From the IMG/VR virus record IMGVR_UViG_3300025732_000016: a stretch of 64,000 nucleotides of DNA, one strand, 5' to 3'. The notes beneath the pieces are model-generated. The model did no database searches and was not told where the DNA came from. It saw only the letters and a list, made by a program, of their open reading frames with translations. This stretch comes from a virus (taxonomy: Duplodnaviria > Caudoviricetes). Below, one piece after another: positions 54,235-64,000 of this stretch (the stretch's first letter is position 1; each line of letters begins with the position of its first letter). The translations under genes and the position numbers were made by a program.

Positions 54235-54732
54235 ACCCTTGTAGGTGATTATGACAGCAAATTTCTCGCTTCCCTTCTGCTCTTTGCCCGTGCCACCGAG
54301 CTGGATGTCGTCTCTCACAAAATCAAAATCTATCAGCCCATTTGAAGTGGCGGCAAGAAGAGTCGCTTGCACGTAGCGAGGTGCCTGTGACTTTGGCACT
54401 GCTGGAGTTTTACCGGCGATCATTGTTATTGGGATTGAGATTCCCTTGTCTGCCTTCTGCGGCCTCTCAAACGCGATGCCCAGCTCAGACTTCGTGAATA
54501 CCTCGATGAGGAAGTTTAGGACCTCATCGAGCTTGGTGTTTCCCTTTGTCTTGTAGTTGTCGACCTTCAGCCGACGAAGAAGCTCAGTCGGATTCGTGGC
54601 TGCAAGACCGAGTGATTGCCTCGCCTTCGCAGAGATTCTGCCTGCGCCAAGACCTTTTCTCGTTGAGTACTTCGGCCCTTCCTCACTGAGGATCTTACGA
54701 GTGTGGTGTCTGATGAATTGCAAGGTGTCCAT
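54232..54732 (-). CDS. Hypothetical basic protein with leader variant
   Basis: FIRHHTRKILSEEG; AATAGTTA at 54738-54745. Confidence 0.7.
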   Translation of the reverse strand: MDTLQFIRHHTRKILSEEGPKYSTRKGLGAGRISAKARQSLGLAATNPTELLRRLKVDNYKTKGNTKLDEVLNFLIEVFTKSELGIAFERPQKADKGISIPITMIAGKTPAVPKSQAPRYVQATLLAATSNGLIDFDFVRDDIQLGGTGKEQKGSEKFAVIITYKG

Positions 54733-54740
54733 GGCGATAA

Positions 54741-55868
54741 CTATTCCGTGAACTCCAGTCCATTCAGAGAAACGGGAAACCTTCCGTAAGGGGAAACCTT
54801 TATTCCCTCAGATGCGATCTCTGAGATTATCCCAGTGTTCTCAGAGGGAACGTCAATGAACATCGCGTCGTGGACGAGGAAAAGCGGGTCAGCGAAACCG
54901 CTGAGGCGCTGCGCAAGATCACTGAACCCGAGGAGGCAGACGTCCACTGCAGTTGACTGCACCCAGTGAGGTATTAGCAGACGCTCCTCTTCGACCTGAA
55001 GCGGCCTACCGTAGCCGTTGCGACCTTGACAGTCCTCAATCTTTCTGCGCAACTCGTTCACGTTGAAGAAATCTCGGACGTGTCGCTTGAGCCTGTCGCC
55101 GACTCCGTCCGTCGCGGCAGCGCCATACAAGAAAGAGAGAGTCGCTATCTTTGTCTTTGCCCGAGACTCGCCTGACAGCCTCGACATCTCGTCATAAACG
55201 TCACCAGCAGACTTCTTGCCCACTGCGAAGAGAGCGAGACGGGGCTCAAGAGAGACAAAGTCAATGCTCAGAATTTTCCCACCAGGATACCTTGACGTGA
55301 GAACATTCCTGTGCTGCTTTGACATGGTGAGGACGCGGGGACCAGACTCAACCCTCAACCGACCCGTCTTTGTACCGTGTGTGTACCGTACCCTTTCGCA
55401 CTCATTGCCAGATGGTGGAATGAAGGACTCGAGAGGCTCACCAGAATCGACAAGAGACCTCACTCTCACTGGATCAACCCTGATCGGTTGGAGGTTCTCA
55501 AATATCCTGCGACCCCTGATGAGGACTTCTGCGTAACCCGTAGACTCCATTTCCTCAACAATCTCGAGCACATCGGATCGATATCTCTTCAACTCTGCAG
55601 CGAGACCCCTCGCTCCAAGCGCGAGGTTCCAATCGATCTCGTTGCTACCAAGATATTTCTCGTAAGCAGCTCGCATCTCTTTTGAGACTAGCTGTGGGAG
55701 CTCAAGCGAGAAACCCGTGACAAGGTCCTCGAGTGAGGTCGAGGCCGGAGAAGTCGACCCGACTAAGTAAGAGCCCTCTGGGGGACTCTTGAGGGTCTGC
55801 AGACGTTCCCTGATTGAGATTGTCTTTCCCGAACCTGTCACTTGCGGAAGTAAAGTTATTTCTCTCAC
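54741..55868 (-). CDS. Compact family-A DNA polymerase-like protein
   Basis: TKTGRL, motif A SIDFVSLEPR, motif B K...LSFLYG, VQSTAVD, motif C VHDAM; only 375 aa. Confidence 0.75.
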   Translation of the reverse strand: MREITLLPQVTGSGKTISIRERLQTLKSPPEGSYLVGSTSPASTSLEDLVTGFSLELPQLVSKEMRAAYEKYLGSNEIDWNLALGARGLAAELKRYRSDVLEIVEEMESTGYAEVLIRGRRIFENLQPIRVDPVRVRSLVDSGEPLESFIPPSGNECERVRYTHGTKTGRLRVESGPRVLTMSKQHRNVLTSRYPGGKILSIDFVSLEPRLALFAVGKKSAGDVYDEMSRLSGESRAKTKIATLSFLYGAAATDGVGDRLKRHVRDFFNVNELRRKIEDCQGRNGYGRPLQVEEERLLIPHWVQSTAVDVCLLGFSDLAQRLSGFADPLFLVHDAMFIDVPSENTGIISEIASEGIKVSPYGRFPVSLNGLEFTE

Positions 55869-55898
55869 GCTTGACTATAGTCTCAAGTCGAAATGTTT

Positions 55899-58800
55899 TC
55901 ACTGGCTCTTTCTTTCTCTTTTCATGGAAGCGACTTCCTCTTTCTTACCAGAGATCACTGCGTCAAAGCCGTCCATGTTCACGTAGAGAACATTTCGCTT
56001 GATAGGAGGCGCGCCCCTTGGCGAAAAATCGTACAAGTATCCCTTTTGTTGTATGTTCACAGATTTTGTGGTTGGAATCGCAATTTCATAACACCTGTAC
56101 TTTTCTTGCTCAGGTGTAAGTGAAGCGAGGCCCTGCGGAGAGGTCGAGACAGGAGTGACGACCTCGATGTGTGAGTCTCCCACAAGGTTGAGCTTGAAAT
56201 ACTTCGAGAGGCTAGAAGCCGGTTGCCCGTCAGTGCTCATCCAGAACCTCAACCCGCTGATCGCTCTGTTGATGGTCTTCACTACTTCAATCTGCGTGTA
56301 CAAGTCATCTAGCGAGACCGTGCCCATGAGGCTTTCAATCGGTGTCGGTTTCGGAGTTGTCGCAGTTGAAGACGTCGCTGACCCGGAGACCGGGGCTGGG
56401 CCGCGGCCGAGGAGTTGGGCAAGTGAGGCCGCAACCTTAAACTCTCTCGCCGCAGAAGAGTATATGCCGAAGGCTCCAACGTTCAAGGTAAACTTTCCTG
56501 TGGTCGTGAACTCTCCCGGAGTGATCTTGTGTGAGAGGCCAGTGCAGACGTAAATGTTGTCTATCGAAGTGTTCGTGCCGAAGTCAATGTAGAAAGACTG
56601 CCCAAAGTTCAATATAGGACAGCCCACCATGTCTACGTTGACCTCGGTTCCGTTCACGAGCAGAGGAAGACCCCTTTCACGAGCAGAACTCTCAGCCTGA
56701 CCCGAAGTTTCGTTATTCCTCAACATGGACACGGTGTTCATTCTCGGATCGGAGATGCTGCTCACTGAGATGTTAGTGACTAGTCCTGCAGAGCTTCCGT
56801 AGCGTATGACTGGCAGTCCCCGCTGCATGAAGGACTTCAGCTTGCGAGGATCACCTGCCCTAAATAACGCGTTCAGATCTATTTTCCACTCACTCGTATC
56901 AGGAGCTGCAGATGTCGTCGCCACCGCGGTGAGAACTCCTTCGGATTGCATTTTTGTGAAGACATCTGTGCGTGTTTTGAGAATCACGGCACTACTCAAA
57001 TCGTTAGTCACGAAACCTCTTGTGAACAGAGGATGCTTGGGAGAGATACTTCCCATGTCTACGAATCTCGTCACATCAGATCTACCAGCCGTAATGGCTT
57101 CAGCATATTCTTGGTATGCGCTGCAGGACTCATCGCGGACGTAAACTCGAAGTATTGTCTCTTCCTTTCTTTGCCAGTGCGGCACACACTCGAACTGCAC
57201 AGAAAGCTGTGGTTTTTGAAATTGCGAGTCCAGGATTCCGGCATTCTTTAGAGCCTGATCTATTATACTGGGCTCACCCTGCTTCTGCTCTATGAGCTTG
57301 CCGTCTTTGTCATACGCTGTACTGAACCCGTATGCTGGGTGCGCGATGTCTCCGACGTGTTGGTCGGCGATTACCGATATTAACTGAGAAATTGAGACTC
57401 TAACATTTTCTTTATAGAGCTTTGTAACGCTGTCCTTTAGCTTGTTGTAGTCGAGTGGGAATGCAGCTGTTGACAGACTTCTCATGAAACCAGCTCTATC
57501 GTTGAACTTGTTGAAGATGAATTGAATCTCGTCAAATTTGCCAGAGGCTTGTAGTGGGTTGCCTGCCAGAGTGACTAGGGCGGCTCCAAGAGAAACTGCG
57601 CCGCCCTCGTACGCATCGGATGAAAGAGGCTTTAGTCCCGAGTATTCTAGCGCACCCTTGGCGGTTTTGTAATGCCATAGATTACCGGCGTCGTTGAGCA
57701 CCACGCCGCCGGCGCCGGTGCCTCCGCCGAAGTTCCTAGCGAGTTCTTCTTCACAGCTTGGAAAGGTCGCGGATGCACCTACGACCATGTTAGAGAACAT
57801 CTGATCCACCGCTCTGACAGCGGCGGTCTTTGCTTCCTCGTTCGCAGCAAGCGCAGCGTTCATTTTAGCAGCAATGCTAGAGAGGCTTGCTTCTGACGAA
57901 CGTGACTTCTGGAACTTTTTAACGTCAGCTGCAACTTCCTTTAGCTGTTTTTCATCTAGGGCGTAGACGGCGTCTTCGCTCGCGACAGCTCCGAGAAGAT
58001 TCTCAGGAATGACCGACTTCAGCTGTTCTGAAGTTCCCGTAAGCGTGCTATTAAGATCTTCTATTATCGCCCTGAGTCTCTCCTTCGCAGTGCTTGGAGT
58101 GGAAGCAGTAATATCGAGACTTCTGGCATCGGCAGCCCCCTTCATCGAAAGATCGAGCGAAATGTTGACCTGTCCGGTATCATCAAAATTGAAGGTCGAG
58201 TTCACAACGATGTACTTCTCAGTCACTCTTAGTGAGTCAACAAATTGTGCAAGAGTATCGTCTTTGAGCCTTGCACCGTAAATTGCATCTCCTACACTCA
58301 TCTCTTCGCCCCTCACGGCCGCCGCGGTGGCGTCGGCGGGGCTCGCCTTCCTTCCCGCAGAAGCATCTATCGACCACCCGTACTCTATCTCAATCTCTGT
58401 GCTGCCGTAGAGACCCGCCTTGACAAATGGTGCCACCTCTGCAAGACGACCCCTGTCATGAAGAACGATCTCAGCCTTCGCAGTCTTGAAAGACATGAAT
58501 CCTGCCGCGGCGCTGGCCACGTCAATAGACAGACTAGTGAGCGTCATCAGGGGTCTAAATCTATCGATGGGCTTGGATTTTGAGAACCCCGCGGTCCACA
58601 ACTCATCGGACACCATCGTTTGGGGGGCTGTGAAGAGCTCCATCCCACCCGGAGTTGGATAGATGCCTGTTTCATCCGCAACCGTCTCACCTTCAAATCC
58701 CAAGATTCCATCAGAGGGATTGGAAGAGTTCCACGGCACCTCACCCTTCAAGTAGCGAAGGAGATTCATGCTCTTTGCGGAGATCCGACCGTCTTCACCT

Positions 58801-59492
58801 TGAGCTGTTGTCGGCGCACCGTGAATTCTCAAAGAGACATAGGGCACAGCCCTTGAGATCACATGCGTAGGAATGAGGCTGGCAAAGATGCTCAAACCAG
58901 TTGTGTCCCTCACAGAAGTCCCAAGATTCGAGTTGAGAACCTCGATCACAGAGACATGCGTCGACGTCTTCGAGGGTGAAGGGTTACCGATAGGGACCCA
59001 AAACCCAGCCTGCGGGGTAGCTATGGATTCCAGAACAATTTCAGGAGCAAGCGCCAAATCCCCAGCACTGTTTATGATTTTAGCTTTAAAGCACTCAGGG
59101 AAACGTTGCGCCCCCAAGGCCACCGTGCCCTCAGCAGATGATGAGTAAAGCGAGTTTACATTCGTAGAGAGAGTAAAACGAATAAACTCAGCGATTCTTT
59201 GAGCGCTTTGATTTTTGCCTCCGTCCGCAGTTCCCTTGAGCGCCTCTTCAAGACGTTCCAATATTTCGGTAGTATAATAGCCTCCGTTGATAACGTCGAC
59301 TATCGGACCGAGCAGTCGTTGTAAAAATTCAGTCCTTTGATTATATTCGATGTCCGTTGAAGTGTTAGCCGCAATGAGATCTTGTCCCGTGAGAATCGCG
59401 GCTACAAAATCTTCTTTGCTTGTTGAGTTCAGATAGGGTTTCAACTTTGCAACTGCGTCGAGATAGACATCACGTCTTGTAGTGAAAGCCAT
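55899..59492 (-). CDS. Large tail/baseplate hub-like protein (1197 aa)
   Basis: IEIEYGWS, INVDMVGCP..NFGQSFYIDFGT, Y....LSH.I..G.F.T pattern of baseplate hub/late-control proteins; follows LysM gene. Confidence 0.65.
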   Translation of the reverse strand: MAFTTRRDVYLDAVAKLKPYLNSTSKEDFVAAILTGQDLIAANTSTDIEYNQRTEFLQRLLGPIVDVINGGYYTTEILERLEEALKGTADGGKNQSAQRIAEFIRFTLSTNVNSLYSSSAEGTVALGAQRFPECFKAKIINSAGDLALAPEIVLESIATPQAGFWVPIGNPSPSKTSTHVSVIEVLNSNLGTSVRDTTGLSIFASLIPTHVISRAVPYVSLRIHGAPTTAQGEDGRISAKSMNLLRYLKGEVPWNSSNPSDGILGFEGETVADETGIYPTPGGMELFTAPQTMVSDELWTAGFSKSKPIDRFRPLMTLTSLSIDVASAAAGFMSFKTAKAEIVLHDRGRLAEVAPFVKAGLYGSTEIEIEYGWSIDASAGRKASPADATAAAVRGEEMSVGDAIYGARLKDDTLAQFVDSLRVTEKYIVVNSTFNFDDTGQVNISLDLSMKGAADARSLDITASTPSTAKERLRAIIEDLNSTLTGTSEQLKSVIPENLLGAVASEDAVYALDEKQLKEVAADVKKFQKSRSSEASLSSIAAKMNAALAANEEAKTAAVRAVDQMFSNMVVGASATFPSCEEELARNFGGGTGAGGVVLNDAGNLWHYKTAKGALEYSGLKPLSSDAYEGGAVSLGAALVTLAGNPLQASGKFDEIQFIFNKFNDRAGFMRSLSTAAFPLDYNKLKDSVTKLYKENVRVSISQLISVIADQHVGDIAHPAYGFSTAYDKDGKLIEQKQGEPSIIDQALKNAGILDSQFQKPQLSVQFECVPHWQRKEETILRVYVRDESCSAYQEYAEAITAGRSDVTRFVDMGSISPKHPLFTRGFVTNDLSSAVILKTRTDVFTKMQSEGVLTAVATTSAAPDTSEWKIDLNALFRAGDPRKLKSFMQRGLPVIRYGSSAGLVTNISVSSISDPRMNTVSMLRNNETSGQAESSARERGLPLLVNGTEVNVDMVGCPILNFGQSFYIDFGTNTSIDNIYVCTGLSHKITPGEFTTTGKFTLNVGAFGIYSSAAREFKVAASLAQLLGRGPAPVSGSATSSTATTPKPTPIESLMGTVSLDDLYTQIEVVKTINRAISGLRFWMSTDGQPASSLSKYFKLNLVGDSHIEVVTPVSTSPQGLASLTPEQEKYRCYEIAIPTTKSVNIQQKGYLYDFSPRGAPPIKRNVLYVNMDGFDAVISGKKEEVASMKRERKSQ

Positions 59493-59776
59493 CAGATCAC
59501 CCTACTCACTTGCTCTAAATTTGGTACAAGCAGCCGAGTCCCAGGCGGCATTTGCAGACCCCAGCCTATGCCTGATGCGGCTGCGATGATCCACCAGAGA
59601 GTCGAGTCGCCATATTCCTCTCCAGCGATAGTGTCAATTCTCTCGCCTTCCTGCGTGACTCTCACGGACGCTGGGACGATGCCGAGGCGGACTGCGTCGT
59701 ACACCGCGCCAGGTGATCTGGCAGCGCCGCGAGCCTTGCCGAGGTTGTAAACAGTTGAGCTCGTGTATCTTCTCAT
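59492..59776 (-). CDS. LysM-like baseplate/tail protein (gpX/gp53-like)
   Basis: GERIDTIAGEEYGDSTLWWIIAAAS.I......PPGTRLLVP. Confidence 0.8.
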   Translation of the reverse strand: MRRYTSSTVYNLGKARGAARSPGAVYDAVRLGIVPASVRVTQEGERIDTIAGEEYGDSTLWWIIAAASGIGWGLQMPPGTRLLVPNLEQVSRVI

Positions 59777-62700
59777 TTAGTTTCAGCGACCTTGCGCAGT
59801 TGTTGTAGGCTGTAGTCTGCTTGGACCCTGTCTGGGAAATGCATTCTTCGTGTTAGGTCGCCGACAGGGTATGCGACTGCTCTTGCGGTTCCGTCCGCGG
59901 CGAGACCCATCGGAATGTCGTGAACCGGCGTGAACGAGACTGATACAGTGACCATGTTAGGAGCCCTGGATCCGGCATCTGTCGTCCAAGTTATGTCCGT
60001 TGAACCGTATTCCATTCCGAGCTGCGTGATAAATCCCGCGAGACCCCGGCCGCCTGAGCCTTGCTCGAACGATCTAACCACGGCGTTCGTAGTAGGATCG
60101 AGAAACTTTTGCACAAGAACTTGCGTGGCATCGTCAGGCGGTGAAGAAAGACCGAGCAAAGCAGCAAGACCCGGAGGGAGACCTGCAGACGGATCTACTG
60201 AGTCAGTGCTGATGGTGATTTGATCTTTCGTGCAAGAGATATACGCATACTCTTCTTGCAATATTCCTAATTTCAACGGCATGTCAAGCTGCACTATGAT
60301 GTTAGAGCCCGGAGTCTTAGTTTCGTTGCTTTCCGCCACTGAGTAAGCGACCACCTTACCTTCGATGATTCTTACAAGGCCTTTCTTGCCATTTTGTCGG
60401 AAGGCAGCATCAGTAGCAGACTTGTAGAGCGTGTATTTGTTCTCTTCGACTAGAACGCTGACTGGACTAACCAGCAGTGAAATAGTTCCAGCGAGTGTGT
60501 AGATGATGTTGTTGAGAACTCCTCCGTCTAGCGGAGTGTTGAGATCATTGGAGGCGACTATAACCGTGCTGCCCGCTTCAGCTGCGACGCCGGTCTTCGC
60601 AACATCGCTAACGCCCTTGAGGTCGCCTGATGTGCTCTTCTCAAAACTCGTGATGTCAGCATCAACTGCTGCGGTAGGAACTTCCAGCGACACATCCTGC
60701 AATTTTGAGTCAGCCTTGTCCAACCCAAAGATTCTGCTCAAAGCGAATCTTGAATAGTTGCTGTGGATCACATCTCCTATTCTCACCCGCAGCATCGGCG
60801 ACGCTGCAATCGTCTGGCTGAAGGGCTGCGTGAAAGTCTGGTTCTTACCACCCGAAAGTCCGCTGATTTGCTCACCCTCACTCCACTGCGGGTAGACCAT
60901 GTTGACTAGCTTATTCACAGAATACCACATGTTGTCGTGATCGTCCTTCGACGTGGCCACAACCGTGAAGGTGAAGCTAATGCTACGCGTCGTATTCTTA
61001 TACGTCTGGACGGGATCCATTCTCCCGAAGCCCTCTGTCGAGTTGTAGTTAGCGCTGAAGCTGTCGGATATGGATGACAGGAATGCATGGAATGAAAGAA
61101 TCTCGTTGGTGCGAAGGTCGTGAAAGTAAAAGGGCATGTACTCGCCGTCTAAGAGCTTTTCATGATACTCTCGTTCCTCAGCGCTAATCCTACCCACGCT
61201 ACTGAAGACCTTCCTCGCCTTCAGCTTTCGAAGAGCTCCCGTTCCAGTGACCTGGCTTCCCACATTGATCGGGTAATTCGCATAGGCTCTTAGAACCTGA
61301 TCGGTCACAAGCTCAGCTCTTGTGTAACCGATGGAAGAGTGTGCCCATGCCAATCGCTTGCTACCCTTAACTTCACGTGATCTAGAAACTCTTGCCTGAC
61401 CCGCTTTGTAAGCACTCGTTCTAAGAGTTGCGGGAGAGCTGGAATCTCCTCCCGCTATGTACATTAGATTTGTGCTTATAGGGTCATCAGGTTGGATAGC
61501 TGGGTCGATGTTCTTCGCATAAGAGTTTACGATCCCCAACCTTGCACAGGTATCAACAAATCTTGTCAGCTTCATTCCGCCGAGGCCCTGCAGGATTCCC
61601 AGTATGCTCGACTCAGTTTTTGGACCGAGCTTCTGTCCAATATAGTAGAAGTCCCTGGCGATCTCCCTTACTAGAATGAGATAGAAACTCGGCGCTGTTC
61701 CGAAATTTATCGCGATATTTGCAGCAGATGACAGGAGCGCTCCGCCAATGTTTCCGGCGGTGAAACTGTCAGTGTTGATGCCGATGATTGACAGGGCTCC
61801 CTCTAGGGCTGAGAAGAAGTACGCGATGAAGTCTGCAGCGACCGAGTCGAAAGGACTCTCGTAGGGTTGCATGAGACCCATCACTTTCGCTATGAGACTT
61901 CCTAAAACTCTAAGAACGTCGAGGATTCCGCTACCAGAGTCTGCGTCAAACAGGAACTTACCGAAGTCTGCTCCCCTCTCAGAACCTCGCGGAAGCTCTG
62001 AGATCTGTGCATCGGGACGTGGCAGCCTGTTGACGACTATTGAGATAATGAGAGAAAGTACAACTGTACCGATGAAGATCGCAGCATAGGCTAAAAGAGC
62101 GAGTGGTATTGTCGCAAGAGTCCCTCTGCCAGAGAATTGACTGAGGTAGTTGTTCAACTGACCGAATGACCTGTTGTTGTAAACAACCTCAGCGGCTAGA
62201 AATGAATCTTGCAATCCGCTTGTCCTGTCGATGTCCGTGTCATCTCCACCGAAATTGGGAGGATCAATGCTGACAGTGTCAGGGTTGTTGAGGTCAACGA
62301 GCCCTCCACCCGGAGCAATGTACTTCGCTCTATCTGCTCCCACTCTTAGCTTGTCGACATCCGCAATTTTCGCTTCCTTCTCTTCTATTGCACCAAATGG
62401 GAGAGCCAAGGAAGTGAATGCGAAACCGAGACGAGAAGTGTTTATCTTATCGCCCGTCTCCCCCCACGCAGCGTACTCCATCGCAGCGATGGCTTTCTTT
62501 CGCATCGCAGTGTACACGTCCTCATCGCCGTCAGTCGGAGTGTTGCCCGTCGGTGCCCTCGGCATCGCCTTCTTGTAACCGATGTTGGCGAACTTATTAT
62601 CAGAGTTGAAGCGATTGCTCATGAGAACGCTACTGACAGCGGGCTTGACAATGGGTTCTGAGTTTAGGACATCATTTCCATTCGGAGCATCGACAGTCGT

Positions 62701-63594
62701 TGATCGATCGGCAGATGGGACAACTTTGACAGTATTGCGAAGACCAGGCTCATACGAGCGACCGCGTGACAGAGCTTCATCGTCAGCAAACTTACCCTGC
62801 AGCTTGACGTCTGCTCCGATGGGTGAGCCCGGATAATTGCTGCCCGGATCTATTGGGTAGTTGTTCGCTCTTGTTGTGTTGCTCCGATACAGTCCGTCAG
62901 CCTGCGATTCATCAACAATCGGCTCAGGAACGACGTTGCTAGTGCGGTTAGAGAGATAATCGCCAAGTTTCGCAACAGTGTCGCTTGATCTTAGATTGAC
63001 GCCATTTCGACCGAGCACTCCAGGCGATCCGGTGTAGCCGTCTCCCAAGCCGCTGACAGTCTTCACTGAGTCGTAGGGTGAACCACTCTCTCCTGAGCGA
63101 CCGTACTCTGCTCCGTTCTCTGGTGAGTTATAGTTCTGCGAAAATACGCCGCTGTCAGCAGAGTTGTAGATTTCTGAGTTTGCCACTGACGTTTCATCAG
63201 CAACAGTCTCCAGAAGACGGTGACCACCTGTCGCACCCGCAGACATTCCTGTTCTTGCAGATGGCTCAAGACTCACGACTGAGGCTAGTGTAGGATTTCC
63301 AGCGTGCGCTGTGAGGTCAGCGGCAAAAGCTGGTTGCGTGGACTCTGAGGGGGAGTGATGGTCTGCTGACGCGTGAATCTCCGTCGGACCCGTGCTCGAA
63401 TCTATGTTAAATTCGTTGGGCCGCGGAGGCATGTAGGTGTAAGTGCCATCATGCCCGGGCTGGACGTATGTCTCTGCTCCGCCAAGAGTCCTCGAAGAGA
63501 GATAGTCGGCGAGAGTCTTTTTGGAAGTCGCCTTGATGTCCTTTGTGATCTCATCAACGATGTAATCGCTAGAATCGACTTTGCTAGACATCAC
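59773..63594 (-). CDS. Large baseplate / tail-tube-initiator-like protein (1273 aa)
   Basis: MPFYFHDLR...F.AFL.SISDSF...Y....GFGR.DPVQ.YK.T.RSISF.F; G.ITQL..EY...TW. Confidence 0.65.
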   Translation of the reverse strand: MMSSKVDSSDYIVDEITKDIKATSKKTLADYLSSRTLGGAETYVQPGHDGTYTYMPPRPNEFNIDSSTGPTEIHASADHHSPSESTQPAFAADLTAHAGNPTLASVVSLEPSARTGMSAGATGGHRLLETVADETSVANSEIYNSADSGVFSQNYNSPENGAEYGRSGESGSPYDSVKTVSGLGDGYTGSPGVLGRNGVNLRSSDTVAKLGDYLSNRTSNVVPEPIVDESQADGLYRSNTTRANNYPIDPGSNYPGSPIGADVKLQGKFADDEALSRGRSYEPGLRNTVKVVPSADRSTTVDAPNGNDVLNSEPIVKPAVSSVLMSNRFNSDNKFANIGYKKAMPRAPTGNTPTDGDEDVYTAMRKKAIAAMEYAAWGETGDKINTSRLGFAFTSLALPFGAIEEKEAKIADVDKLRVGADRAKYIAPGGGLVDLNNPDTVSIDPPNFGGDDTDIDRTSGLQDSFLAAEVVYNNRSFGQLNNYLSQFSGRGTLATIPLALLAYAAIFIGTVVLSLIISIVVNRLPRPDAQISELPRGSERGADFGKFLFDADSGSGILDVLRVLGSLIAKVMGLMQPYESPFDSVAADFIAYFFSALEGALSIIGINTDSFTAGNIGGALLSSAANIAINFGTAPSFYLILVREIARDFYYIGQKLGPKTESSILGILQGLGGMKLTRFVDTCARLGIVNSYAKNIDPAIQPDDPISTNLMYIAGGDSSSPATLRTSAYKAGQARVSRSREVKGSKRLAWAHSSIGYTRAELVTDQVLRAYANYPINVGSQVTGTGALRKLKARKVFSSVGRISAEEREYHEKLLDGEYMPFYFHDLRTNEILSFHAFLSSISDSFSANYNSTEGFGRMDPVQTYKNTTRSISFTFTVVATSKDDHDNMWYSVNKLVNMVYPQWSEGEQISGLSGGKNQTFTQPFSQTIAASPMLRVRIGDVIHSNYSRFALSRIFGLDKADSKLQDVSLEVPTAAVDADITSFEKSTSGDLKGVSDVAKTGVAAEAGSTVIVASNDLNTPLDGGVLNNIIYTLAGTISLLVSPVSVLVEENKYTLYKSATDAAFRQNGKKGLVRIIEGKVVAYSVAESNETKTPGSNIIVQLDMPLKLGILQEEYAYISCTKDQITISTDSVDPSAGLPPGLAALLGLSSPPDDATQVLVQKFLDPTTNAVVRSFEQGSGGRGLAGFITQLGMEYGSTDITWTTDAGSRAPNMVTVSVSFTPVHDIPMGLAADGTARAVAYPVGDLTRRMHFPDRVQADYSLQQLRKVAETK

Positions 63595-63818
63595 TTCCTC
63601 CCAGTGCGATCCTTGATCGCTGATTCTATCTGTTCCATAGTGATGTCAGATTCAGAGGCTTTCATTTGAAAGCTTGACAGTGCATACGAAGCGAGCTTGA
63701 TGAGTTCGTCGACAGCTCCATCAACCTCTTTACGCTCTTCAGGCTTTATCGAATCGTAGATGGCCTTGAAGAACTTATCATTCGCAAGCTCTTTGCGAAT
63801 CTTCTCGTCGTACTTCAT
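63591..63818 (-). CDS. Small hypothetical protein (75 aa)
   Basis: ATGA coupling on both sides. Confidence 0.7.
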   Translation of the reverse strand: MKYDEKIRKELANDKFFKAIYDSIKPEERKEVDGAVDELIKLASYALSSFQMKASESDITMEQIESAIKDRTGRK

Positions 63819-64000
63819 CTTCCGCTCCTCGACTTCTCTGCCTCTTCATATTGCTTCTTCGCGAATGTGCTGAGGTTGAAATTTCCTTCCTTAGTCAGCT
63901 TACCAGCGACCTTGAACACGTCCTTTGTAAACTCTTCAGCCTTGAAGGAGACGTGCATCTGCAGGTTGATGTTGATGGGCTTGTGATTAATGCTGATGCT
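63815..64000 (-). CDS. C-terminal end of a CDS starting beyond window (possibly tape-measure-like)
   Basis: Own translation ...SINHKPININLQMHVSFKAEEF...KSRSGR*; identity inferred from position only. Confidence 0.55.
   Translation of the reverse strand, partial: SISINHKPININLQMHVSFKAEEFTKDVFKVAGKLTKEGNFNLSTFAKKQYEEAEKSRSGR

Overview
A 64-kb internal segment of a large (jumbo-type) tailed dsDNA bacteriophage genome. It uses the standard genetic code, has bacterial Shine-Dalgarno sites, and almost every gene is on the minus strand. Content: replication/recombination genes (DnaE-type Pol III alpha, DnaB, RecA, gp32-like SSB, two 5'-3' exonucleases, a small family-A polymerase), nucleotide metabolism (class II RNR, ThyX, thymidine kinase, dCMP deaminase, dCTPase-like NTP-PPase), chaperone/protease genes (GroEL, J-domain, ClpP), metabolic genes (GlmS, type II glutamine synthetase, Fe/Mn SOD, ferritin/Dps-like), repair glycosylases (Fpg/Nei, MBD4-like), tail/baseplate genes, and many unknown proteins sharing an N-terminal 'LTESxLRxIIREE' motif. 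Main candidates for undescribed biology: (1) a cytosine-hypermodification operon (T4 gp42-like dCMP hydroxymethylase, kinase, T4 beta-glucosyltransferase-like enzyme, UDP-GlcNAc-4-epimerase-like SDR, cupin) that, with GlmS and GS, may put an amino-sugar on 5hmC; (2) a sigma70 factor apparently split into two coupled genes, with a matching non-canonical promoter class; (3) a portable putative head-targeting leader on enzymes such as SOD and a nucleotidyltransferase. All family assignments come from motifs read by eye; no database searches were run. No tRNA, rRNA, CRISPR array or intein was recognised.
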